IMG/VR virus record: IMGVR_UViG_3300034155_000052
Location: 3,776-67,775 of that record
Length of the DNA stretch: 64,000 nt
Strand: one strand, 5' to 3'
Origin: a virus
Taxonomy: Duplodnaviria; Caudoviricetes
In this document: positions 39,791 to 48,833 of the stretch, in pieces
How positions within the stretch are numbered: the stretch's first letter is position 1
Layout of the letters: each line of letters opens with the position of its first letter
The notes under the pieces: model-generated
What the model was told of the DNA's origin: nothing
Databases searched by the model: none
The model's input: only the letters and a program-made list of their open reading frames with translations
Made by a program: the position numbers and the translations under genes

Positions 39791-40369
39791 ATGTCTGAAA
39801 CAAATAAACAACGACTAGAAATTATAGCAAATAATATCAATGTTTGTACAAAATGTGAGTTGTGTAATACACCAGGGAAACATGTTCCAGGAACTGGATT
39901 AGAAACAGCTAAAATTGTTGCTCTTGGCGAGGCTCCAGGAGCAACAGAGGCTGAATGTGGTTTGCCATTTGTAGGTAGAGCTGGGAAATTGTTAGATGGT
40001 TTATTAGAAATGGTTGGTTTAAGTAGAGATAAAATATATATATTAAATACGGTATGTTGTAGACCTCCAGAAAATAGAAAACCGTTGCCTAAAGAAAGCC
40101 AAGAATGTAGGCATTTTTTAGTTGAACAGTTAGAAATATTAAATCCTGATATAATCATTGCGCTAGGGAACAGTGCTTTAGGGGCAATAACAGGAATTGA
40201 TGGAGGAATAGTAAAACGATGTGGTAAATGGGAAACCACAAATATTATTGGTAAAAACACACTTGTAATGCCATGTTTCCATCCATCTGGAATATTAAGG
40301 AATCCTAATTGGAAAGAGCCTACTCTTTTAGCATTAAAAGAAGCTTTTGTAAAGGCAAGTGTAGCATGA
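39791..40369 (+). CDS. family-4 uracil-DNA glycosylase
   Basis: C..C.LC, GEAPG..E, GLPFVGRAG, NTVCCRPPENR.P, FHPS. Confidence 0.9.
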   Translation: MSETNKQRLEIIANNINVCTKCELCNTPGKHVPGTGLETAKIVALGEAPGATEAECGLPFVGRAGKLLDGLLEMVGLSRDKIYILNTVCCRPPENRKPLPKESQECRHFLVEQLEILNPDIIIALGNSALGAITGIDGGIVKRCGKWETTNIIGKNTLVMPCFHPSGILRNPNWKEPTLLALKEAFVKASVA

Positions 40370-40692
40370 TTACTATAAATCAATTTAGTAAGGAATTTTA
40401 TGACAGACATAACTTTAATTGTGATGATGATGACTTTTTACCAAATAAATATAAACACATTAGATTTAGTAACATTCCTGAAGCCTGGATTTGTAAAATT
40501 GATTCTTTTTTAGAAAAGATGGATTTACCAGAAAAGATTAAATCAATTACTCAAACACATGGTTTCTTATCAATAGATGTTGATACTGAAAATCAAAAAG
40601 ACATTAAATTGTTACAAAAATTAGATAATTGTTTAATGTCAATAGATATTGATTTAAGAAATCAAATAGAACAAAGCAAAATGCTACACTAA
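40366..40692 (+). CDS. hypothetical protein
   Basis: ORF track 40309..40692; ATG at 40366 overlaps the UDG stop. Confidence 0.65.
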   Translation: MITINQFSKEFYDRHNFNCDDDDFLPNKYKHIRFSNIPEAWICKIDSFLEKMDLPEKIKSITQTHGFLSIDVDTENQKDIKLLQKLDNCLMSIDIDLRNQIEQSKMLH

Positions 40693-40712
40693 TTAATTTT
40701 TTGGTAAAAACT

Positions 40713-40850
40713 ATGTACGAAAATAATAAATTTAAATATCTCTATTGGGAAGATTTTGAGTTTGAAACAGATAATCTTGAAATTAAAAAACAAAATAAAG
40801 AAATCGATATCGATTCTTTAACTTTAAAAGAAATTAAGAAAGAAAAATAA
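40713..40850 (+). CDS. small hypothetical protein (45 aa)
   Basis: Hand-translated MYENNKFKYLYWEDFEFE...; fills the gap exactly. Confidence 0.4.
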   Translation: MYENNKFKYLYWEDFEFETDNLEIKKQNKEIDIDSLTLKEIKKEK

Positions 40851-41459
40851 ATGTTGAATCTAAATATTTTAGGAGATCAGGCTTATGAAATATCTCTAGC
40901 CCATGGGTTTAGAGAAGCAGAAATCAATTATAGCACAATAATGTTGTTATTTCAGTCAGAAGTATCAGAAGCATTAGAAGATTATAGAAAAAATCATGGA
41001 ATTAGAGAATATTGGTACGAGAGGAAAGTATTAGATTGTTATATAGAAACAATAGCAAAACTTCCTCATAATTCATCAGATATTGTAAGCACGGATAAGC
41101 TTTGTGGTATACCTTCAGAATTGGCAGATATTGTAATTCGTATTTGCGAACAGTGTTCGTATTGGAGAAAGGTTGATGGTTATCAAGAGGCAGATCTTGA
41201 TGGAATTATAGAAAATATTATTTTTTGTTTAAAACCTAATACTGATAATTTTGAAGAGTGTTTAGCTAAAATTAGTTGGGCTATTTCAAAATCATATGAA
41301 TCCAAAAATCATTTTGAGATTTGTAATTTTCTTGCTATAGCTATATATTATGTGTTTCATATAGCTGTTGTTAATGAAATAGATTTGCAATATATAATTA
41401 AACAGAAAATGGAGTATAATAAAACACGTGAGTTTAAACACGGGAATAAAAGATTTTAA
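40851..41459 (+). CDS. MazG-like NTP pyrophosphatase, paralogue A
   Basis: SEVSEALE...GIPSELADIVIRI...KMEYNKTREFKHG. Confidence 0.7.
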   Translation: MLNLNILGDQAYEISLAHGFREAEINYSTIMLLFQSEVSEALEDYRKNHGIREYWYERKVLDCYIETIAKLPHNSSDIVSTDKLCGIPSELADIVIRICEQCSYWRKVDGYQEADLDGIIENIIFCLKPNTDNFEECLAKISWAISKSYESKNHFEICNFLAIAIYYVFHIAVVNEIDLQYIIKQKMEYNKTREFKHGNKRF

Positions 41460-41460
41460 A

Positions 41461-42039
41461 ATGGAAAGTTTAAATAATTTGGGTAGAATTTCATTTAAAA
41501 ACTCTAAAAGCAAAGGGTTTTGGGATGCTGAAAAAGATTATGATCTTGTTGTATTATTAATACAAGCAGAAGTTTCGGAAATTGTTGAAGATTATCGTAG
41601 AGGGCATAAACTTAATGAAATTTGGTTTGAAGAAGCTAATACTAAAAACATTGTATTTGAGCAAAACAAAGAAAATACTAACAAGCCTTGTGGAATACCA
41701 ACAGAATTAGCTGATGTATATCTTTGGATTTGTGAATATTTTGCTTATCAAAATGTTGATTTTAATGAAATACACATTATTTTAAATGATGTAAATAAAA
41801 TTTTACCAACAACATGTGTTAATTATTCTTTTACGAAATTATTAGCGATTATCAGTTTATATTTATCTAAATCATGGGAGGATACATCTTTAATAGAAAG
41901 ATATCATCATCTTGCAATAGTTTTATATTATATTAATCTTATTGTATCTAATCATGGTATTAATTTTGAATATGCAATAAATTTAAAGCTAGAATATAAT
42001 AAAACACGTGATTTTAAGCATGGTGGAAAGATATTTTAA
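41461..42039 (+). CDS. MazG-like NTP pyrophosphatase, paralogue B
   Basis: AEVSEIVE...GIPTELADV...KLEYNKTRDFKHG; ATG at 41461. Confidence 0.7.
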   Translation: MESLNNLGRISFKNSKSKGFWDAEKDYDLVVLLIQAEVSEIVEDYRRGHKLNEIWFEEANTKNIVFEQNKENTNKPCGIPTELADVYLWICEYFAYQNVDFNEIHIILNDVNKILPTTCVNYSFTKLLAIISLYLSKSWEDTSLIERYHHLAIVLYYINLIVSNHGINFEYAINLKLEYNKTRDFKHGGKIF

Positions 42040-42040
42040 C

Positions 42041-42340
42041 ATGTCGAAGAAAAAGTTTTTTATTAAGGAAGAAGATGGAGTATATTCAGTAGACAGGTCA
42101 TTTTTTAATGATATAGAAACGAGACAAGAGGCATTGGGGATAGCTCTTAGAACGTTGGGGGAGATACATAATACAATGTATGAAGAAGTTGAAGCTGGGA
42201 TTCAATATATTGGATCTGTTAAAGTAATTATTGGTTTACAAAGATGTATAAATGAACTTAATCTTAAGTGGCCTGGTTTAATATCTGAAATATATTCTGT
42301 TCAGAGAAAAATTAATGGAAAATTATTAGGTTGTTCTTAA
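42041..42340 (+). CDS. hypothetical protein
   Basis: ORF track 42008..42340; ATG at 42041. Confidence 0.6.
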   Translation: MSKKKFFIKEEDGVYSVDRSFFNDIETRQEALGIALRTLGEIHNTMYEEVEAGIQYIGSVKVIIGLQRCINELNLKWPGLISEIYSVQRKINGKLLGCS

Positions 42341-42371
42341 TAATTATGTTTACCAAAGAAAGATTTATATT

Positions 42372-43364
42372 ATGTTAAATGAAGAAAAAGATTGGGATGA
42401 AATATCCCACACATTTGGATTAAGTGAAGAATTTATAAGAGAAAACGCTGATAAATTAGATTGGGGACTAACATCAAGTTTTCAAAAATTAAGTGAAGAT
42501 TTTATTAGGGAATTTTCTGATAAAGTAGATTGGCAATATATTTCAATATCCCAAAAACTTAGTGAGGATTTTATAAGAGAATTTTCAGAAAAGGTATCTT
42601 GGAGAGATATATCAATTCACCAAATACTTAGTGAGTCATTAATTAAAGATAATGTTAATAAAGTAAAATGGTATTATATATCAGAAGGTCAAAAGCTTAG
42701 TGAAGAATTTATTAGAGAATTTTCTGATAAAGTAGATTGGAAACTAATATCAAAATATCAAAAACTTAGTGAAGGTTTTATTAAGGAATTTTCTGATAAA
42801 GTAGATTGGTATAATATATCGGTTTATCAAAAACTTAGTGAAGGTTTTATTAAGGAATTTTCCTATAAAGTAGATTGGGCTTGTATATCTGTATGTCAAA
42901 AATTAAGTGAAAAATTTATAAGAGAAAATTTAAAACAATTAAATTTTGATTATATATCTTGGTATCAAAAATTAAGTCCAGAATATATTAAAGAATATAA
43001 TTTAGAGATATCAGAAAATTTTTGGTTATATAAGGATAAAGAATTTAAACGAGAATATATTAAAAACAATACAGAATATGATATTATTGGAGATAAAGTA
43101 ATAGCATATAAGAGTTGTCGATCAGATGGATATTCTTTATATAATTTTCAATATCATTATGAGGTTGGTGGAGAATATGAATGTCATGCAAATTCCGATA
43201 CAGAATACGAGGATAGTTTTGGATTATCTGCGTGGACAAAAGTAGGTGCATTAGCTTGTTATTCTAAAGGAAAATTACTTAAAGTAGAAATTGATTTAGA
43301 TGATATTGCCTGTATAACGCTTATAGATAAAAAAATTAGGGCAAGTAAAATTAAAATATTATAA
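42372..43364 (+). CDS. 22-aa Trp-repeat protein, paralogue 4 (about 9 repeats)
   Basis: Same repeats, C-domain and leader. Confidence 0.85.
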   Translation: MLNEEKDWDEISHTFGLSEEFIRENADKLDWGLTSSFQKLSEDFIREFSDKVDWQYISISQKLSEDFIREFSEKVSWRDISIHQILSESLIKDNVNKVKWYYISEGQKLSEEFIREFSDKVDWKLISKYQKLSEGFIKEFSDKVDWYNISVYQKLSEGFIKEFSYKVDWACISVCQKLSEKFIRENLKQLNFDYISWYQKLSPEYIKEYNLEISENFWLYKDKEFKREYIKNNTEYDIIGDKVIAYKSCRSDGYSLYNFQYHYEVGGEYECHANSDTEYEDSFGLSAWTKVGALACYSKGKLLKVEIDLDDIACITLIDKKIRASKIKIL

Positions 43365-43415
43365 GAGATTAGTTTTTAAATATTATTATACTTTTACCAA
43401 AGAAAGATTTATATT

Positions 43416-44144
43416 ATGTTAAACGAAGGAAAAGATTGGGACAAAATATCATATACACCAGGATTAAGCGAAGAATTTATTAGAGAAAATTCTGATAAAG
43501 CATGTTGGATTTGTATATCCAGATTTCAAAAACTAAGTGAAGAATTTATTAGAGAGAATGCTAATAAAGTAAACTGGGATTATATATCGTGTTATCAAAA
43601 GCTTAGTGAAACATTTATTAGAGAGTTTTTTGATAAAGTAAATTGGGAATATATATCAATATATCAAAAACTAAGTGAAGGATTTATTAGAGAATATTCT
43701 GATAAAATATATTTGAATAATATAGTAAAATTTCAAAAGTTAAGTCCAGAATTTATTAAAGAATATAATTTAATAATTCCAGAAACAAATTGGTTTTATA
43801 AAGATAAAGAATATAAGAGAGAATATATTAATAAAAACACAGAATATGAGATAATTGGAGATAAAGTAATTGCTTATAAAACATGTAGATCAGATGGATA
43901 TTCTAAATATAATTTCCAATATTATTATGAAGTAGGAAAAGAATATGAAGCTCATGCAGATTATAATATAGATGAAAATGGTTTTGGTTTATCGGCGTGG
44001 ACAAAAGATGGAGCATTATCATACTGTAATAATGGAAAACTATTTAAAGTAGAAATAGATTTGGAAGATATTGCCGCTATTGTTCATGAAGGTAATAAGA
44101 CAAGAGCTTCTAAAATTAAAATATTAGAAGAAATTAGTGTTTAA
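43416..44144 (+). CDS. 22-aa Trp-repeat protein, paralogue 5 (about 5 repeats)
   Basis: Same repeats, C-domain and leader. Confidence 0.85.
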   Translation: MLNEGKDWDKISYTPGLSEEFIRENSDKACWICISRFQKLSEEFIRENANKVNWDYISCYQKLSETFIREFFDKVNWEYISIYQKLSEGFIREYSDKIYLNNIVKFQKLSPEFIKEYNLIIPETNWFYKDKEYKREYINKNTEYEIIGDKVIAYKTCRSDGYSKYNFQYYYEVGKEYEAHADYNIDENGFGLSAWTKDGALSYCNNGKLFKVEIDLEDIAAIVHEGNKTRASKIKILEEISV

Positions 44145-44149
44145 AACCC

Positions 44150-44596
44150 ATGATTATTACAAATATATCTTTATTAAAACCGGTTTGTGAATTGGTTTTA
44201 CCAGAAGAAGTAGATGATTTAATAAAAAAACTAGAGGAAGAACTTTTAAATTCTAAAGATTTAGGGTTTCCTGGAGTTGGTTTGGCTTGTCCTCAAATTG
44301 GAATACCTAAATCCTTAGCAATTGTAAGAATTGGTGATTTTAAACTTAATTTGGTTAATGCTAAAATTATAGAGAAATATCATCCTTTTATCTTTGATGG
44401 TGAGGGTTGTCTCAGTTTTCCTAATCTATTTATTCAAACGAATAGATATAGAGAGATTGTAGTTGATAATAATTTGGTTAAGCCTTATAAATTTATTATA
44501 ACTGATTTTGCGGCTGTAGTAGTACAACATGAATTAGATCATTTAAACCAGGTATTATTACCTGATTTAGCTATACCAAAACCCCTATCTATTTGA
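44150..44596 (+). CDS. def: peptide deformylase
   Basis: GVGLACPQIG, EGCLSFP, QHELDHLN. Confidence 0.92.
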   Translation: MIITNISLLKPVCELVLPEEVDDLIKKLEEELLNSKDLGFPGVGLACPQIGIPKSLAIVRIGDFKLNLVNAKIIEKYHPFIFDGEGCLSFPNLFIQTNRYREIVVDNNLVKPYKFIITDFAAVVVQHELDHLNQVLLPDLAIPKPLSI

Positions 44597-44634
44597 TATA
44601 TAGGCATTTTTTGAGATTTGAGGGAGATTTAAAT

Positions 44635-44841
44635 ATGCAAAATGAAGAGATTCATACAGTATTTGGTAAACAAAGTACAATAATTACAACGTTGTTATTA
44701 AGAGTATATACATTAGAAAAACTAATGGTAGAAAAAAAGTTGGTAACGGAGGAAGATTTAATAAAGAAAACAGAAGAATTATCGCTTGAGTTTATTGAGC
44801 AGCTAAAAAGCAATCTGCAAAACGTTAATACTAAAAAATAA
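44635..44841 (+). CDS. hypothetical protein
   Basis: ORF track 44593..44841; ATG at 44635 after GGGAG. Confidence 0.55.
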   Translation: MQNEEIHTVFGKQSTIITTLLLRVYTLEKLMVEKKLVTEEDLIKKTEELSLEFIEQLKSNLQNVNTKK

Positions 44842-44886
44842 CTTTTTTGGTAAAAACAAACTTTAAATAAAACATAGGAAAAATAA

Positions 44887-45177
44887 ATGGACCTTAACAT
44901 TGATTTGAATATTAGTAACGGAATTAGTTTAGTAGCATTTGTAGCAACGTGGTGCAAAGTTTCAAAAAAAATTAAAACCACAATACAAAAAGTATCTACA
45001 GAATTTCCAGATATTCAATTTCATGAAATGGATGTAGATGATAATCCTGTTATGGCTAAGAAATATAAAATTAGTAGCATTCCTACTGTAATTTTGTTTA
45101 AAGATGGTAATGAAATTACAAGAATTCTAGGATCTTTTAAAATTGATGCTTTAAGAAAAGTTTTAAGAGACGCTTGA
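44887..45177 (+). CDS. thioredoxin-fold protein with CxxS site
   Basis: FVATWCKVS, MDVDDNP..A.KY.I.SIPTVILFKDG. Confidence 0.85.
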   Translation: MDLNIDLNISNGISLVAFVATWCKVSKKIKTTIQKVSTEFPDIQFHEMDVDDNPVMAKKYKISSIPTVILFKDGNEITRILGSFKIDALRKVLRDA

Positions 45178-45207
45178 TATATAGATTTTGAGAAAGGGAA
45201 AATAAAA

Positions 45208-45501
45208 ATGAAAGAAGATACAACAATAACTGAAACGGCATCTACTAAACTTTGGAATAAGATTAAGGATGCACCAATTGATATTTTTGGATTACCAAAT
45301 CAATTAATTAGTCAATGGGTACAACGAGAAGAGAAATTAGAACAAGCAGAACCAGGTGCAATATTTTTACAATTAAAAACAGGTGCCGTTCTACCCGCTC
45401 TTGAACAAGCTTTATATTCTGTTCGACTTGGTAAATCAGAACGATTTTCTATTACCCAAGTAGATAAATATACAGTAATTAAAATTATTCCAAAAAATTA
45501 A
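45208..45501 (+). CDS. hypothetical protein
   Basis: 97-aa ORF. Confidence 0.65.
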   Translation: MKEDTTITETASTKLWNKIKDAPIDIFGLPNQLISQWVQREEKLEQAEPGAIFLQLKTGAVLPALEQALYSVRLGKSERFSITQVDKYTVIKIIPKN

Positions 45502-45509
45502 GCATGACA

Positions 45510-45547
45510 ATTCGTGGAAGAACATGCATATTTAATGCTAGGATGCT
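45510..45547 (+). repeat. 38-bp direct repeat, copy A (left flank/guide of element 3)
   Basis: 35/38 identical to 46868..46905. Confidence 0.9.
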
Positions 45548-45820
45548 GTCATAACCCCCATCAAGTTTTCATCTTGATCGAGGCTTGTTAGAGTCATTTA
45601 ATGCCAAATTTAGTACATAAACAAGTTAAATCAATGACTAGAGTATCCGGTCTTCCTGCTCGTAAGAGTAGGAAGATTAAGGAAACTGAATCATCTTCCT
45701 GTGGCAAGGAAAAATATATTTCTAATGTTTCTCTAGTTGGAAATCCCTATGATGATCAGTCTCGAAGAGAGCAATTATCCAAATTATCGAAAGGTAATTT
45801 GGACTGGAAGGTAACTTCCA
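45548..45820 (+). ncRNA. putative omega-RNA scaffold of element 3 (boundary approximate)
   Basis: Homologous to 17757 ff.; hairpin TCCAAATTATC-GAAA-GGTAATTTGGA at 45778..45803. Confidence 0.55.
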
Positions 45821-46867
45821 AATTTGTTACGAAAATATATGTTCCAGTAATTTCTTGTACTGGAGTTCCATTAATGCCTTGCTCTCCAAGGAGAGCAAAA
45901 GAATTAATGAGAAAATATAAAGCGAAAAAGCAGTGGAGATATGGTATTTTCTATATTAAATTACTAGAAAGAGATATAGGAAATATTCAAGAGATATCAT
46001 GTGGAATAGATTCTGGATCTAAGAGAGAAGCGATAACGGTAAAATCCAAGAATAAAACTTTTATTAATGTTTTAGCAGATGCTAGAACAGGAGTAAAAGA
46101 ATCTCTTGAAGTTAGAAAAAATATGAGAAGGGCAAGAAGATTTAAAAAAACTCCTTGTAGAAAGAATAAATTAAATAGAAAAAGGAATAAAAACTTTATT
46201 CCACCATCAACAAGGGCGAGATGGAATTCCAAGTTAAGGTTGATAAATATATTAAAGAAAATATATCCAATATCGATATATGTTGTAGAAGATATAAAGG
46301 CAAAAACTTTAAAAGGAAAGAAAAATTGGAATAAGAATTTTTCACCATTAGAAGTAGGAAAGAAATATTTCTATAATATATTAAAAACATATGGAAATCT
46401 TATTTTGAAAGAAGGATGGGAAACATTTAACAAAAGAACAGAATTAGGTTTAGTAAAAACAACTAAGAAATTAGATAAAATATTTTCTGCGCATAATGTT
46501 GATAGTTGGGTTTTGGCTAATTTCCCTTTTAATATTCAAACATATCCTGAAAATATTGATATGTATTATTTTCAACAAATTGAATTGCATAGAAGACAAT
46601 TACACATGTTACAGTTTGCTAAGGGAGGGAAAAGGAAAAGATATGGAGGAACAGTATCTCTTGGAATACCAAAGGGAACAGTAGTAATAGCAAAATATAA
46701 AAAGAAAGAAATATATAGTTATATTGGTGGAAATATGAATGGTAAATTATCAATCCATAATATGCAGAATGGAGAAAGAATAAGTAAATGTATAAATAAA
46801 GAAGATATAAAATATATGGGATATATAGCAAAGTGGAAAGTAGAAAAAATAACAGAAAATAACGAGC
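45548..46867 (+). mobile_element. IS200/IS605-family (OMEGA) element 3, right end missing
   Basis: Left end GTCATAACCCCC..GAGGCTTGTTAG; sequence switches to the flank duplicate where the right-end hairpin should begin. Confidence 0.8.
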
Positions 46868-46893
46868 ATTCGTGGAAGAACATGCATATTTAA
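45601..46893 (+). CDS. isrB: IsrB, copy 3 (C-terminus extended by read-through into the duplicated flank)
   Basis: PLMPCSPRRAKELM, GIDSGS, VVEDI, HNVD; no HNH. Confidence 0.8.
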   Translation: MPNLVHKQVKSMTRVSGLPARKSRKIKETESSSCGKEKYISNVSLVGNPYDDQSRREQLSKLSKGNLDWKVTSKFVTKIYVPVISCTGVPLMPCSPRRAKELMRKYKAKKQWRYGIFYIKLLERDIGNIQEISCGIDSGSKREAITVKSKNKTFINVLADARTGVKESLEVRKNMRRARRFKKTPCRKNKLNRKRNKNFIPPSTRARWNSKLRLINILKKIYPISIYVVEDIKAKTLKGKKNWNKNFSPLEVGKKYFYNILKTYGNLILKEGWETFNKRTELGLVKTTKKLDKIFSAHNVDSWVLANFPFNIQTYPENIDMYYFQQIELHRRQLHMLQFAKGGKRKRYGGTVSLGIPKGTVVIAKYKKKEIYSYIGGNMNGKLSIHNMQNGERISKCINKEDIKYMGYIAKWKVEKITENNEHSWKNMHI

Positions 46894-46905
46894 CGCTAGG
46901 TTGTT
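46868..46905 (+). repeat. 38-bp direct repeat, copy B, followed by ATGG
   Basis: ATTCGTGGAAGAACATGCATATTTAAcGCTAGGtTGtT vs copy A ...TTTAAtGCTAGGaTGcT. Confidence 0.9.
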
Positions 46906-47300
46906 ATGGGAGAAAAGAAAATGGGTTTATTCTTTGTCCGTCTATTGAAAACCGAATATTACAACTAAGTGAATCATTAGTTAATTTTGAAAAATTAATG
47001 GATTATCTAGACTCTATAAAGTTATTTGATCGTCCAATTATCAATCAAAATGCTATAATTCACTTAGTTTATCATATTCAGGATAAGTTTAATCAAAAAA
47101 TTAAACCTATTTGGACAGATCACGAATATCATTTAATCGAGCGTTTTATCCAAATGCATAAAAACTGTGGTATATATTCTCAAATTATACTTACAGCCGA
47201 AGAATTTGTTGATAAAACTCAGGTTGATACTCCTATATTTATTAAAAATTCCAAAGAACCATTATTAAACCTTACCAATATTCGCGGCAGAAGATTTTGA
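46872..47300 (+). CDS. hypothetical protein (target gene of element 3, restored downstream)
   Basis: GTG start; its first 11 codons are also present upstream of the element at 45514. Confidence 0.65.
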   Translation: MEEHAYLTLGCYGRKENGFILCPSIENRILQLSESLVNFEKLMDYLDSIKLFDRPIINQNAIIHLVYHIQDKFNQKIKPIWTDHEYHLIERFIQMHKNCGIYSQIILTAEEFVDKTQVDTPIFIKNSKEPLLNLTNIRGRRF

Positions 47301-47545
47301 ACAATTTTAATTTAATCCATCCAATTATTTTTGATGTTTTTTCAAATTATTTGGCTTTAGATATTTTACAAAATAAATTATCACATTTAGGACCAAGTGG
47401 TTTAACCATTCAAATTCAGCAAGAAGTAGAATATGCTTCTAGTGAATATACGATTGCGTTTAGGAAAGCTGAAGAAATATTCAAAGATCCTAAGATTATC
47501 CAAAAACAAATGGAGAGTTTTGCATCATCAATTGGGGTGGCGTAA
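47297..47545 (+). CDS. hypothetical protein
   Basis: 82-aa ORF. Confidence 0.55.
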   Translation: MNNFNLIHPIIFDVFSNYLALDILQNKLSHLGPSGLTIQIQQEVEYASSEYTIAFRKAEEIFKDPKIIQKQMESFASSIGVA

Positions 47546-47562
47546 TAATTAAGTATTGTATT

Positions 47563-47811
47563 ATGGTTGATATTGGTAAAGCTAAGCAGAATATTGAAAG
47601 AAACGAGCGATTAAATCGTAGGAAGCGATTATTTCAAATATTAAGAGATATATCTACAGGAAAGGTAGATAGTTCTAAAAAGCTTCTAGAACCAATATTT
47701 AATCAAAATGGACCAAGACAGACATATATATCTCCAAAAGACAGGGGAACATATAATTCTGGTGGAATGCAATCAAGCGAATTTTTAGCAGGAAATCCTT
47801 TCGGAGAATAA
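47563..47811 (+). CDS. hypothetical protein
   Basis: 82-aa ORF. Confidence 0.6.
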   Translation: MVDIGKAKQNIERNERLNRRKRLFQILRDISTGKVDSSKKLLEPIFNQNGPRQTYISPKDRGTYNSGGMQSSEFLAGNPFGE

Positions 47812-47812
47812 A

Positions 47813-48190
47813 ATGCGTACAATTTCAAATATATTAAAGAAAAAATTAATGGCACAAGTTGATGAGGCTAATTTCCAAGGATTAGAGAAAATATCAAATA
47901 ACCTTAATTATTTGGTAAAAACATCATCTACCCGTCCAGATCATGATGAATATGTTTATTCCCATGCAAGTTTAAAAAGTGATATGGAAAAGCTTCTTTG
48001 GACTGCAGCTGTTAGGGTTCAAGATTATTTTGGTAAAACAGCAAACGCTCAAGATATTGATAGTATTATTGAAGCCCATGCGAATGATTTAATTGTTGAA
48101 ATTAAACACAAGATTGGTGGAAATATAATTGGACCATATGAACCTTTAGTTGCTGGTGAATTAAGAAACGTTGTAGAAATAGAAGAGTAA
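47813..48190 (+). CDS. hypothetical protein
   Basis: 125-aa ORF. Confidence 0.7.
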   Translation: MRTISNILKKKLMAQVDEANFQGLEKISNNLNYLVKTSSTRPDHDEYVYSHASLKSDMEKLLWTAAVRVQDYFGKTANAQDIDSIIEAHANDLIVEIKHKIGGNIIGPYEPLVAGELRNVVEIEE

Positions 48191-48191
48191 T

Positions 48192-48644
48192 ATGTCTATT
48201 ATAAACCCCAATGAGAAACAGGTAGTAGCAACTAAAGGTGTAAAATTACGCAATAAAGGATTTGAGAAAGCTGAACAAGAAAAGCTTGAAAAAGAAGAAT
48301 ATAAAAAAAGATTTGAACAACAAGCTGATAAAACGATAGAGCACATTGATGGAAAGCAGCAAAAATCATTAGGTGTTGTATCTAAGTTCATGCAAATTGT
48401 TAAAGATAAGACATTAGAGGTTAATAAGGGACCAATTGCTAAGGATGTTGAAAGAGAGATTAGACAGGAATTAGTACAGTTAGTAATAGATTTAAATAAT
48501 GATGAAACTGAAGAAAATAATGATCAAGGGTCTACTATTGCAATTAGTGTTTTAACCAAAATAGTATTAATATATAGAGATCAGATTAATAATCTAGAGT
48601 ATGAATTGTCACAAATTAAAAAGGATTTGATTAAATCAAAATAA
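48192..48644 (+). CDS. hypothetical protein
   Basis: 150-aa helical ORF. Confidence 0.7.
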   Translation: MSIINPNEKQVVATKGVKLRNKGFEKAEQEKLEKEEYKKRFEQQADKTIEHIDGKQQKSLGVVSKFMQIVKDKTLEVNKGPIAKDVEREIRQELVQLVIDLNNDETEENNDQGSTIAISVLTKIVLIYRDQINNLEYELSQIKKDLIKSK

Positions 48645-48656
48645 TCGAGTTGGCAC

Positions 48657-48833
48657 ATGGCGAACGAATCTCTTAAAGACACAATAATTCAGATGATAAC
48701 TATAGAGAAAGATAAGTTAGCAGCTTATAAAGGATTATGCACAGAGTTTCACATAGCACAAAACCCAATTCCGGAAGCGATAGTTCAGGCGAAAGTGGAA
48801 ACACTGAAGATAATTCTGAAAAATTTTCCTTAA
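48657..48833 (+). CDS. small hypothetical protein (58 aa) overlapping the next ORF
   Basis: Hand-translated MANESLKDTIIQMITIEKDKLAAYKGLCTEFHIAQNPIPEAIVQAKVETLKIILKNFP. Confidence 0.45.
   Translation: MANESLKDTIIQMITIEKDKLAAYKGLCTEFHIAQNPIPEAIVQAKVETLKIILKNFP

Noticed and set aside
40803-40814. 12-bp palindrome ATCGATATCGAT
   Set aside because: Single occurrence inside a small ORF (Ile-Asp-Ile-Asp codons); no other support
2188-48651. GTCGAG/TCGAG words in several intergenic regions (about 2188, 9684, 24873, 32085, 35997) and GATATATA words
   Set aside because: Too short and with no consistent spacing to a -10 box or start codon to call by eye; needs a statistical motif scan
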